A stretch of 64,000 bases of DNA from Mobula hypostoma (lineage: Eukaryota), in the NCBI RefSeq assembly GCF_963921235.1, contig NC_086108.1, positions 82,958,001 through 83,022,000 on the forward strand. Direction: 5' to 3'. Positions 34,990 to 46,402 of this stretch are shown in pieces (the stretch's first letter is position 1; each line of letters begins with the position of its first letter). The notes under the pieces were generated by a model. That model made no database searches and was not told the DNA's origin. It saw only the letters and a program-made list of their open reading frames with translations. The position numbers and the translations under genes are program-made.

Positions 34990-35232
34990 GGTGCAAAATA
35001 AATTCCCACACTCAACATTTTAGGAACAGCTTCTTCCCATCTGCCATCAGACGTCTGAATGATCCGTAAACCTATGAACACTACCTTGTTATTCTTCTTT
35101 TGTACTATTTATCTACTTTATTTTTTACCGTAACTTACAGAAATTTTTATGTCTAGCATTGTACTGCTGTCACAAAACAGTAAATTTCATGACACACTGT
35201 ATATCAGTAATTATAAAGCTGATTCCGATTCC
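34990..35232 (+). mobile_element. Rex1/Babar-like 3' end
   Basis: TTTAGGAACAGCTTCTTCCC motif and GATTCC-type tail. Confidence 0.75.
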
Positions 35233-35454
35233 ACTCATCAAGACTGCAATCAACTAGTCAAATAAAACAGCTCTCCTCCAACACAAATGAAAGACAAATA
35301 TGAAACACGAAAAAAAATCTGGTCACTATTTCAGCACTTTCGCATACTACAACAGTAATTTGGTGTGAAAAATTCTTCAAGGCTGTAAAATGTTTTCAGA
35401 TGATGGGAAAGGCATTCTTTAAATGTTATCCCAGTTTTCTTTTTGCCTTATTTA

Positions 35455-36868
35455 CAAATGTCACTCCACTTTTCCAGAAAGGAGAGAGGGAGAAGAAAGG
35501 AAACTATAGGCCAGTTAGTCTGACCTCAATGGCTGAGAAGACGTTGAAGGTCTCAGAATACTTGGAGGCATATGATAAAGTAGGCTGTAGTCAGCATGGT
35601 TTCCTCAAGGGAAAATCTTGCCTGACAAATTTGTTGAAATTCTTTGAAGAAATATCAAGCAGGATAGACAAAGACGAATCGGTTGATGTTGTGTACTTGG
35701 ATTTTCAGGTGGCCATTGGCAAGGTGCCATAAGTGAGGCTGTCTAGCAAGCTACGAGCCCGTGGTATTACAGGAAAGATTCTAACATAGATAAAGCAGTG
35801 GCTGATTAGCAGGAGGCAAAGAGTAGGAATAAAGGAAGCCTTCTGTAGCTGGCTGCAGGTCACTAGTGGTGTTCCACGGTGTTCTGTGTTGGGACCGACT
35901 CTTTTTACGTTATATTTCAATGATTTTGATGATGGAATTGATGGCTTTGTTGCAAATAATATGAAGATATGTGGAGGGGCAGGTAGTTTTGAGGAAGTAG
36001 AGAGGCTACAGAAGGGCTAAGACAGATTAGAAGAATGGCCAAAGAAATGGTAGATGGAATACTGTGTTGGGAAGTGTATGGTCATGCACTCTGGTAGAAG
36101 AAATGGAAGGTCTGATCATTTTCGAGGTAGATAAAAAGTACAAAATACTGAGATGCAAAGGGACTTGCGAGACCCTCTGCAGGATTCCCTGAAGGTTAAT
36201 TTTCAGGTTCAGTCAGGTGAGGAAAGCAAGTGCAATGTTAGCATTCATTTCAAGTGGACTAGAATATCAAAGCAGGGATGTAATGTTGAGACTTTATAAA
36301 ACACTGGTGAGGCCTATGAGCAGGTTTGGGCCCCTTATCTTAGATCTCAGAAAGGATGAGCTGAAACTGGAGAGGGTTCAAAGGAGGTTCACGAAAATGA
36401 TTCCAGGATTGAATGGCTTGTCATATGAAGAGCGTTTGATAGTTCTGAACCTGTATTCAACAAAATTCAGAAGAATGAGGGGTGACCTTATTGAAAGCCA
36501 TTGAATGGTGAAAGGCCTCGATAGAGTGGATGTGGAGAGGACGTTTCCTATGGTGGGAGAGTCGAAGACCAGAGAACGCAGCCTCAAAATAGAACAGTAT
36601 CCTTTTAGAATGGAGATGAGGAGGAATTTATTTAGCCAGAAAGTGGTGAATCTGTGGAATTCTTTGCTACAGACAGCTGTGCAGGCCAAGATTTTATGTA
36701 TATTTAAGGCAGAGGCTGATAGATTCTTGATTGGTCAGGGCATGAAGGAATATGAGGGGAAGGCAGGTGATTGCAGCAGAAAGGAAAATTTCATCCATGA
36801 TGAAATGGTAGAGTAGACTCAATGCTCCAAGTGGCCTAATTCTGCTCCCATAAGTTATGGTTTTATGG
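35455..36868 (+). mobile_element. Decayed CR1 LINE
   Basis: NYRPVSLTS, QHGFLKGKSCLTNL, RRMRGDLIE and NLFSQKVVNLWNSL, with a TTATGG tail. Confidence 0.92.
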
Positions 36869-36879
36869 CCTTATTTTTT

Positions 36880-37297
36880 CTTTGCAGTGGGAGAGTTCTG
36901 GGACCTTGTAGCAGTATTTGCTTCACTTGTATGTATCAGGCCTGCTCCCACGTATACTTCCCAGCCTGCTTATGCAGGCATCTTCCAGTTTCCACCCAAC
37001 TTATCAATTCATTTGCCTCTCATTCCAGCCTCATCGCATGTAGCCTATTTAACCCCAGTTCTAATCTACAGTCCTTGTACACTCATCGAACCAACCAGCC
37101 TCAACCAGTTGCTCCCAGCCTTCACACTCCCTGCCTAAAGTTTACCTTGTTGCCTGTTGTGTTTAGTTTCTGTTCTCTCATGTTGTGTAGCCCTTCATGG
37201 CTTGTTATTTTATTTTCTATTCTTAAAGTTATTGCTTTCTGCTAAATCGTCTCCACTGCTCTGCATTTGGCTCAAGCCTCCTCTACTTTTTCTGACA
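36880..37297 (+). mobile_element. Possible solo or truncated Gypsy-type LTR
   Basis: Pyrimidine-rich, with a TATTTAA box, ending CTCTGCATTTGG...CTGACA like fish Gypsy LTRs. The 5' end and TSD were not found. Confidence 0.4.
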
Positions 37298-37617
37298 GTA
37301 TGTGGGTCATAATGGACTGAACTCGTGTGGCAATCAGGTTGCCAGGGATGTAGTAATGTTGATAGACTTCTCCGTTGTTGCAAAACCAGTACATATTCAT
37401 CACATTCAAGCTTTTTCAGTTTCCATAATAGCTTCATTTTGCATTGTTCATCCAAATGCCATCCCTCTGCAAACATCAGAGAGGATTGCAAAGAGAAGGA
37501 AAAACTCTATACCTAGCATCTTTCTTCAAGTTTACCAAGTTTGACCAATGCAAGTTTAATAAGAAGCACGAGACCATCATAATGTTGGTGAATTGATACA
37601 AGGTGAATGTCCTAATA

Positions 37618-37945
37618 TAATAATAATAATAAATACTTTATTGATCCCGAGTGGGAAATCTTTTGGTTACTGCACCAACGTTTAAAAAAACACTTAGCAG
37701 TGTGCAGATTTAACTAATAGTAAAGTACATAATAATAATAATATAAACAATAATAATTTAGTAATGTGCAATAATTTGCAATAATAATGTAGGAAATAAT
37801 AAAACAGAGACTATTGTACTATGATGTGTGTTCTCCTGTCGGACAGAGATGACCTGTTGTATATGCCTATTGCATTTGGTAGGAAAGATTTTCCCTAACA
37901 ATCCTTGTGACAACGGAGCTGAATGAGTCTGTTGGAAGGAATCAT
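37618..37945 (-). mobile_element. Rex1/Babar-like 3' end, related to 23255-23585
   Basis: Shared ACTTTATTGATCCCGAG motif and a (TTA)n tail. Confidence 0.75.
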
Positions 37946-39069
37946 CAAGATGTGCCTTGATGATATGGTGCAGTCAAAAATAGGTGCATCATTTGACACA
38001 AGCTGGCAAGTGATGGAGGATTGGAGTAGGAGAAAGAATTGAGGAAAGATCATAGGGACAATATGAAAGAAGTGAACGGCATAGATCACACACACACGCG
38101 TGAATCTGAAGTATTGACAGCACTCAGATGGTGTGTCTTCCACATTCAAGTAATCTGCAGCATTGGAAAAAATCACCATGAATAAGAGTATCTGGGATTT
38201 GCCAGGGAATGCCTAGTTTACCGTAGATTTATTCTAATGAGTCAGAAACTGTCTTTCTGGCAAAGGGGAAGAGGATGGGAAAAATTAGAGGAAAACAAAA
38301 ATAGGAAATATTAAAATTGGAGAATATATACGGAACAGGCTATTTCAGACTTCACTGCATATCACAGATTCAAAGATAATAGCTTGTCACAGCTGTCCAT
38401 AACAAATCAAAGAAGGTTTAACACTAAATTAACGATTAACAACCTGTTAATTTTGCGTAAATTAAAAAACAAATTTAAAAGGGCTAAAACCATAGTGACT
38501 AATTTAATGATGATAAATATATCATCTTATTTTTGAAAATGATAATTATCCTGGGATGCAAAGCACAAAAAATTGTCAACAACTTCATAAACATTAAAAG
38601 TAAACATTATTTTTACTGAGGAAACAAATTCTTTCATGACTTGAAACAGCAGTGTGCCCCAATAGGTTTGCTGAAAGATCTTGTTAGGAAGCAAAGGAGA
38701 AACACTGCTGAAAATGTCAGTACTACTGAAAGGTTCTGGCACTTTGAGTGAGTAACAGTGCACCGCTCAATGCAGAGGCTACGTTTCGGTGAATCAGCAT
38801 CTGAGGAGAGAAGGCCGGGGTCAAAAGTCAAATATCTGGGACAGGGGTGGTCTGGTGTGCCGAGTTAGTTTTGGAGTGAAAATGCAAAGGACAAGAACTT
38901 GGTAAGTTGTAAGGGGGCGCACACAGGAATGCAGTGTTGACAGAGGTTTATAATTATCCAGATAGCTTTGTGTCATGTTGTGCAAGTGGCCTCCTTCATA
39001 GGTCTCAGTCAACTGGAGGGCGTTAGAGCAAGGTTAAAGAATTGGAACAAGATTAGGGAGTTGGGCTGA

Positions 39070-39851
39070 GGCTACGTCCACACTAGACCGGATAAATCCG
39101 TAACCGAATCTCTTTCTCTTCCTTTTGACCCTCTGTCCACACTGAAATGGCGTTTTCCTCCCCCAAAATCAGAGCTTTTCTAAAATGTTCTCCAGAGTGT
39201 TTAAATCTGAAAACGCCAGTTGGGCGTTGCAGTGTGTACGGGGTAACCGGAGGTTTTAAAAAACCTGTCGTCCCTTTCATCAGTGATGAGACTATGACTG
39301 TAGGAAATGTTTCCAGGGTGACCCCTCTGTGGGAGTGGGGAAGATGTTGGTGGGGCCACCCGGGGGTCTGTGTGTCCATATGTGTAGCTATTGTAGTGGC
39401 TGTGAGGCTGGTATTGTGGCGGTGAAAAGTACTGGGGGGGAGCCATCATATTCCTCATCATTGCAAACCCCTCTGCAACAGAGTTAGTCAGTTTTTCAAT
39501 GTTCGTCATCAGCTGGGTTATACTATCCGTGAACTCCCTGTCGGTTGCCTCCATACGCTCCAGTATTTGTTTTTTTAGTTTTAAGTCCTCCTGCGCGAGA
39601 GCCAATAGCTGTCCGTCATATGGCAATTTCTTTTTAAGTTTTTCTAGTCAGTAACTGGACAAACGCGCACCAAGTATACCGTTTCCTCTTCGCTTGTTTT
39701 CTGTCCTGCGCATGCCCAGTAGGAGGGGATTCACCCAAATACCCATATTAATGTGGACGGAGGTATTTTCAAAAACGCCTACTGTGGACGCCTATCGTTT
39801 TTGTGCGAAACCGGCGTTTTCAAAATTATCCGGTCTAGTGTGGACGTAGCC
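39070..39851 (-). mobile_element. Internally deleted PIF/Harbinger DNA transposon (782 bp)
   Basis: Perfect 26-bp TIR GGCTACGTCCACACTAGACCGGATAA (39070-39095 and 39826-39851), 3-bp flanks TGA/TAA and subterminal GTCCAC/GTGGAC motifs. Confidence 0.88.
39201..39645 (-). pseudogene. C-terminal coiled-coil remnant, probably of the Harbinger accessory (Myb/SANT-like) protein
   Basis: Open frame EKLKKKLPYDGQLLALAQEDLKLKKQILERME...IEKLTNSVAEGFAMM, followed by a P/Q/Y-rich tail. There is no ATG at its start and no DDE motifs. Confidence 0.6.
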
Positions 39852-40399
39852 TAAGATTGGACTTACAACTGATGAAGGTCATTTCAGAAGCAAGATTTGA
39901 GAGTCAGGATTGAGATCAAAGAACCAAAGGCTAGGAATGAAATTGGTGAGTTAAGTAGGTCAAGTGGTCAATAAGGAGAACAGTGGGGTTAGCGATTCAG
40001 GCCAGTGGAGTAATTTGAGATGTATGCAGATAAGTACAGGAGAATTAGATGGTAAGTCGAACCAGGATCTTACCAAGATCTCCAACCAACATTGCATTAC
40101 AATTGTTCCCAGGATCTCCTTAGGGAGCCATTGTGCGAGAGATGATACAATAGAGTACATGTCTGAAATGAAAATCTCATCAGGTGTACATGTGCAAATC
40201 TCAAGCAGAAGGGTCTAATCTAATTTGTTGAAACCAGAAATAGTCAGAAATGGATTCCATCTTGGAAAAAGTATCTCATCAATGGCACACTAAAACAGAA
40301 ATGCCATGTGCCTCAACATATAAGCAATCGAGTTTTTAGAACGAAGTGAATAAGCAAGTGAGTTAGCAAGCAACCTGTATGAGAACCAGGAAGAGATCT

Positions 40400-41590
40400 T
40401 GCAAGTAAACAAGTAGGGCAGACGCCCAATCAAAATATAAACTTTTAGTTTGGAATGTCAAGCTATAGAACACGATGTGTTACCTAATATTAGATATATG
40501 GTAAATTCTGGAATCAATTGATAATAACAAAGAAAAAGGCACTTAGAAAATTATAAAATTGGGCAGAGTCAACATACAATTATGAAAGAAAAACAGTGAA
40601 TTTAACATATTCATAGATTCAGAAGGCCTTCAGTAAGGTATTCAGAAAACAGGAAGCAAAAATTAGACCAGAGTGAATTAGGATTACTGAGGATTGTTTA
40701 ACAGACATTAAGAATAAATAGGGTATTTTTGGCTTTGGGAACTGTGACTAGAAGGGTGCCATTGATGTAGATTGTGTATAGCTCCAGCTTTGCATGATCT
40801 ATCTCAATGATATGAAAGATAGGGTTAAATGCACTATATTCATGTTTGTCTACAATACAAACTAGCAAAAATGTGAATTGTTAGGACAATGCAGAGATCT
40901 TCAGCAAGATATAGAGACAAGGCAAATAGAATTCAAACGTAGAAAAAAAAGTGAGGTCATCCACTTTGATAGAAAAATGGATAAGCAGATTTGTTTGAAT
41001 GATGTGAGACAAAAAGGTGCTAGTATTGAGAGGGACCCGAGTATCCTTGTACTTAAGTCACTTAATGTTATCTTGCAGATACCACAAGAAATTAGGAAGG
41101 AAAATGATATGCTGCTCTTTATTGCAAGATAACTTAGTACAAAAGGAGAGAGTGCAAATGTAGAACAGTGAGTACAGGGTGATGGGTTTGGCATCTAAGG
41201 AGAGGTTGAGCAGATTGAACCTACAATCTACTGATTATTAGAGGAGAGTAGAGATCTTTGAAAATTTCAATGAGGCTCGTCAGGGGAAACGCAAAGTGAT
41301 GTTTCCGTTTTTGGGCCGGGGTCACAGTCTCCAATTATGTGGTGGGTCATTCAGCCCAGTGATGAGAGAAAAAAATGCCCCCACCCAGAGAGTGGTGAGC
41401 CTATGGAATTCTCTACCTAAGAAGGCTGTTGAGACCAAGTCAATGAGGATCAATTGGTCTATCTATATTAAGGGAATCTAGGATGTGGAGTTGGTGTAGG
41501 CAAATAGTGCTGAGCTAAAATACCTCATTTTATGGTTGGGTAGCCATGAGAGGCCAAATGGCCTACTCAGTTTTATTTTGTATGTTTTTC
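40400..41590 (+). mobile_element. Old decayed CR1
   Basis: KSEVIHFDRK (40878) and TQRVVSLWNSLP (41296). Confidence 0.75.
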
Positions 41591-41999
41591 TACAATGACA
41601 AACCCAACCTCAAACTGCTACTACAAACTGCTCTCAAGCACCTCCTCATATTGGGAGTGGAAGCACAAGGAAGAGTAACAGTTTTCAATAATACGATTTT
41701 GTCTTTGTTCACTTCACATTCAGGTAATTTATAATGGTACCTAAGGCCTTCATTTTCCTCAATAGAACCTAGTTCAGTGTCTGTTGTGATCAAGGTTACT
41801 CAGTTTTTTTGGGGGGTGGGGTGATGGTAGAGGGTTTATGCAGCTACAGAGCGGGCATCAGTTTCCTTGCACGTACCTGCTTTAGGGGTAAAGAACTGGT
41901 GCTTTCACATGCACTGGAGGGTGCTTACACGTGAGATTTATTCATGTGCATTTCCTTGGGTACATACTTCAAAAATCTATTTTTATTTACATATTTGAT

Positions 42000-42345
42000 T
42001 GTAAGAAATAGGAGCAACTGTCAGCCCCTCAAACCTGCTCTGGTTAATCATGGCCAATCTCATCTTGGCCTCAACTCCTTTGTCTTGCCTGATCTTCATA
42101 ATCCTCACTTTTCCTGTAGTCCAAAGAAAAGGCTAAATTGCTAAAATAAGACGACAAGACCATAAGATATAGAAGCAAAAGTAGGCTATTTGGCCCATGG
42201 AGTCTGCTCCACCATTTTATCATGGCTGATCCATTTCCCTCTCAGCCTCATTCTCTTGCCTTCTCCCTGTAACCCTTCACGCTCTGACTAATTAAGAATC
42301 TGTCAACCTTTGCCTTAAATATACCCAACGACTTGGCCTCTACAC
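42000..42345 (-). mobile_element. CR1 3' end fragments
   Basis: Antisense (TCTTATGG) tail AAGACCATAAGATATAG and CATGGCTGATCC motif. Confidence 0.7.
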
Positions 42346-43610
42346 AAATCTTGAAATCTATATATAAAACATTTAAATTCTGTAAAGTTGAGGTGGTACA
42401 GTTTGCTTTAAAATATTTTCAATCCAGCTTCGACTCTCTGGGTAAAAATCACGTCCTCCCTCTGGCAATTATAGCTACCCTAAGTAGAACCACATAAATT
42501 CACAGCACTATCTAATGTTATTCAATACTAATTGGTACTTTGCCTCCCAAGCTGTGAGGACGTCTGGTGTGGAAAAAATTCAAAATCTTTGCTAGTGCAG
42601 TTGAGTATGCCTACTGGCGTTATTAGCACATCATTTACTCCACATCTGTGCTCGATTTTAATGCCGACCATAAAAATGTTAAATTACTAGTTCACGTATC
42701 CATTAATTAAAAGTATGAGAGATCTGCTCCGAAAAATCTTTGTCCCATTATGACACAACTACAGCTTGTGTTTTCCTAAAACCAAAGAGGTTCGGACAAC
42801 AGGGAATCAGACCTCATCTTAGATAAACGTTAGTACGGATGCGATAACGTTTTATAATTTCTTGTCTATTAAACAATTTTTAGCAAGGAAATAAATTCTA
42901 TGTTGTATAAATTTTCTACAGATGCTATAAATGGTGTGAAATGTTTGAGGAATATTTGAGCTGCCATAGCTCATGAAAATGAGCAAAGGAATTTCAATGT
43001 AGGATGATCCTCTGCCAATTTTGCCAATTTTGACCTGTCTGCTAACTAGGATGATCGCAGTGGCTGCCGCATAAACCTTGTTGTTGAGTGGCTGCACACC
43101 TCAGCAGGGGGCCAAGAACTGTACTAGTTACAGCAAGACTATATACTTAAAGTCATTTTGCACTTCTTAAAGAGGAAGTTTATTTTTGGGACAGAACAGG
43201 TGGTGGAAAGTCTTGCAAACATCATTCTGACGCACCAAAGGACATCACAGCATTGCCCAGTATGAGAGTAGTTTATAAAATCTCATGCCTTCCGCTGAAG
43301 GTCTTAGTTGAAAAGATGGAGACATGTCAACTTAGAAACTCCATGCATCAAGAAGACACAGACCCCATTTAAGGCATTTAAAGATTTGCAATGATAAAGG
43401 GACTTCGTAAACTTAGATTCCCCCATTGTGCATGGCAGTTAATTAATTTTAAATATTTGGCAGCACACAGGAATACGCACATATTAACAGTGCTACAAGA
43501 CCACGTCTATTAACCTGAAGGGCAGACAGCCTTGGCTGAAATCAGGAGCCCGCGATTTATATGTTCAATGAACTCACATAAGTCAAGTTCAAGTTCCAGT
43601 TTATTGTAAT

Positions 43611-43637
43611 ACACACACACACACACACACACACACA
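43611..43637. repeat. (AC)n microsatellite within a minus-strand Rex1-like 3' fragment (about 43580-43820)
   Basis: About 13 AC units seen directly. Confidence 0.95.
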
Positions 43638-43916
43638 TATCAATGGTGGCAGGGTATTCAGTAGTCTCACAGCCTGAGGGAAGAAGCTGTTGCCCAGTCT
43701 GACAGTCCTAGTCCTGATGGTAGCGGGTCAAAGAATTGTGGGATATGTGGAGGAGATCTACAACAATGCCTTGGGTCCTTTGTCTGCAACGCTCCGAGTG
43801 AATGTTACAAATAGTGGGGAGGAATCTGCAGCACTGCTCAATCTACCATGCTCACTTCCTTGTCTACCAAGTCGTTCTATTAACCAGAATTCACACCTAA
43901 TGCGAGTTTAGCTCAC

Positions 43917-43991
43917 CTTCACATGATCAGCACCTCTGCCGGCCTCAGATCGACTTCTCTCAACTTGGACATTTATTGGCAGCAGAGACAT
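43917..43991 (-). CDS. Candidate first coding exon (MSLLPINVQVERSRSEAGRGADHVK) in a locally CpG-enriched region
   Basis: ATG in context GCTGCGATG, 25 codons, strong phase-0 donor AAG|gtgagc, and unique GC-richer sequence over 43920-44300. Confidence 0.35.
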
Positions 43992-46402
43992 CGCAGCCAC
44001 TGCACCCCAGAAGATTACCCAGCACTCAGCGTCACGCATTCCTCTCCCCTCCAGGACAAAGTGGTTCACAACCAGAGGAAGCAGCTGAGGGCCGGCAAAC
44101 TGTCATGCAACGATCATGCCCTCCCCAGCACACCGGCACTCCCATAGAGGCACTAGTTCACAACATCACTGGAGTAGCCCTCGCTGAGACAGTTACCAGT
44201 GGGGAATTTGAAACTACAAATGACAGTGGTTTCTCCTACATCTTCTGACTTACAGGTTGCAGTAACAGGTGTTCCGGAGATGGAATTCCCAGGAAACTTG
44301 AAAACAGAAACCCAGCCAAGTCAAAATGAAATATAATTTGACACCCTTGAATCAAGAGTGTCTGTTACATTTCTCATGTAATAGTGAATGCCAGCTTGGA
44401 AGAGACTGCATAAATCTTGAGTTCCAGTCTGGATGTTTCCCGACGCAGGGGAGGATGATGGCACAGCTAGAGTACTGGTATTGGCTTATTATAGTCACAT
44501 GTACCAAGATATAGTGAAAAGCTTGTCTTGCATACTGTTCAAATAAATTATATCATTACACAGTGCATGGTAAAACTATAATAATGAATAACGAAGTGCT
44601 AAAGCTGCAGAGAAAGAACCAGAGTTAGAACCGATGCCTTAGTTAAACTAACCTGAAAACATTTGATGATCTCTTTAAATTTTGTTGCTGCAGTCTCCTT
44701 CCAAACGATGAATGTATTTCATCCACACAAGGTTAAACAAAAGAGATTAGCTAAACCATTAATTTCAAATTAGCATGTTTCTTTTAGAACAACTTTGAAT
44801 GCTGACTGATGACATGATTCATATCATCTGCATATTTTTGGGAGTCATTTGCCACTGAAGTGCAAAGCCATTATCATCATTGTGGCTGGTACAAATTCAG
44901 TCCTAACTATGTTATGTATATGAAGAACTTTTCAACTGAAGTGGTGCATATTTTGTTTGAAAACCACTTAATATTTATCAAAGAACTGCAGAGCAGTTGT
45001 CAGATCTATATTGCATTTTGTGTTAAATTTTTCACTGAATCTTAGGGGAAATTGCTGATTTATAACATCAACAACCACAGGCTGCTCATTACAGTCTATC
45101 AACTGAAGTATTTCCCCGAGGCACAGAGGTCAGAGAAAACTCCAAAACTCTGAAACATTCACCACTAGACTGGAAATCATGCACTCATTTTTAACTCCGA
45201 AGGCTGCATGACTGGAACAGTAGAACATAAAATAGTAAAAATATATTCCTTAGTTATGGCCAAGTAAGATACTTTTATTCAATATTCTCCTGTTCACATT
45301 TATTCAAGTACAGAAATATCTCCAGTCAACTCTCAGAAATTGACTGAAATAATGTTTCTAAAACAATCTGCTTTCAAACACATTTTAGTCCCTATCTGGA
45401 TGACACATTGACGATGTAAAAATAAAAGTGTTAAGTTCTTAGTCTGATTGAAACATGACGATAGCTTTGTCAATGCTACCAGTTAGCACGAAGGCAATAT
45501 TCCAACTTCAGATTTTATTCTCCAACTGTTCCAAAGAAAAAAAATCAGTTTAGATTCACCCCAGCGTCTTAAATGCTAATTGAGTTTCTAATGAAATTGT
45601 GCCCAGAAATCCTGGGATAAATTGGAAAGATCCAAAAGTTGTCTAACTCCAAGCTGGATGCTGAAACAGTGGAGGTTTGGTGAATAGAAGAGAGTGGGCA
45701 CATTGGGTAATGGAAAAAAGTGGTAGTTCAAGGGTGTGGATACTGGATGGTGGGAAACGGGGATACAGCTAGTCTGAGAGGTGGGTACCATTGGTGAGTC
45801 ATATAATGAAGCACAGCAGGACTGGTGAATAATTCATGGTAGGAAACTGAGTAAGTTAGGTAGTGATGCAGTCCAGAGGATTAGGGAATAAGAGTCAATG
45901 ATCAGTCAGTGTACAAAGATTTAAAATGAAAAGCATTTCAACGGAAGTAGAAAATTTCCTTTTTAATTGTACAGGGGAATAATAAATTGGGATGGCGCGG
46001 CTGCATAGCGGTTAGCACAACACTTTACAGTACCAGCAACCTGGGTTCAATCTCCACTGTTTTCTGTAAGGAGCTGTACGTTTTACACTTGTTTTTGTTT
46101 TTTTTTCCTTTTCAAATCTTTTTATTGTATATATAGGAAAAATAATATGAGTACATCCAAGTAACAACACTTACAATGCCTCAAAACAAAACCATCATCT
46201 TAAGGATTGAAAACAAAATTTTGTGATAACAAAAAAAACCTACTGAGCAGAAAAGTGAGAAAAAAAAAAGAGAACCCATTAGGTGTACAACCCCGGAGCC
46301 ATGCGTCATACAAAATCTTCTAAAAATAAACATCAAACCACCAGCAAGAAAAGAAAATATACTAAAAAAAATTACAATTAGATCGTGGAAATATTATATC
46401 AA

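Noticed and set aside
38650..38750. Plus-strand exon CAPIGLLKDLVRKQRRNTAENVSTTERFWHF ending at gtgagt
   Set aside because: Short and isolated, and such donor hexamers are expected many times by chance in 64 kb.
41590..41990. Minus-strand ORF TDTELGSIEENEGLRYHYKLPE... and donor CAG|gtacgt
   Set aside because: No consistent acceptor, frame and donor combination could be built, and upstream frames contain stops.
43098..43113. CTCF-like site CTCAGCAGGGGGCC
   Set aside because: A single imperfect motif with no supporting evidence.
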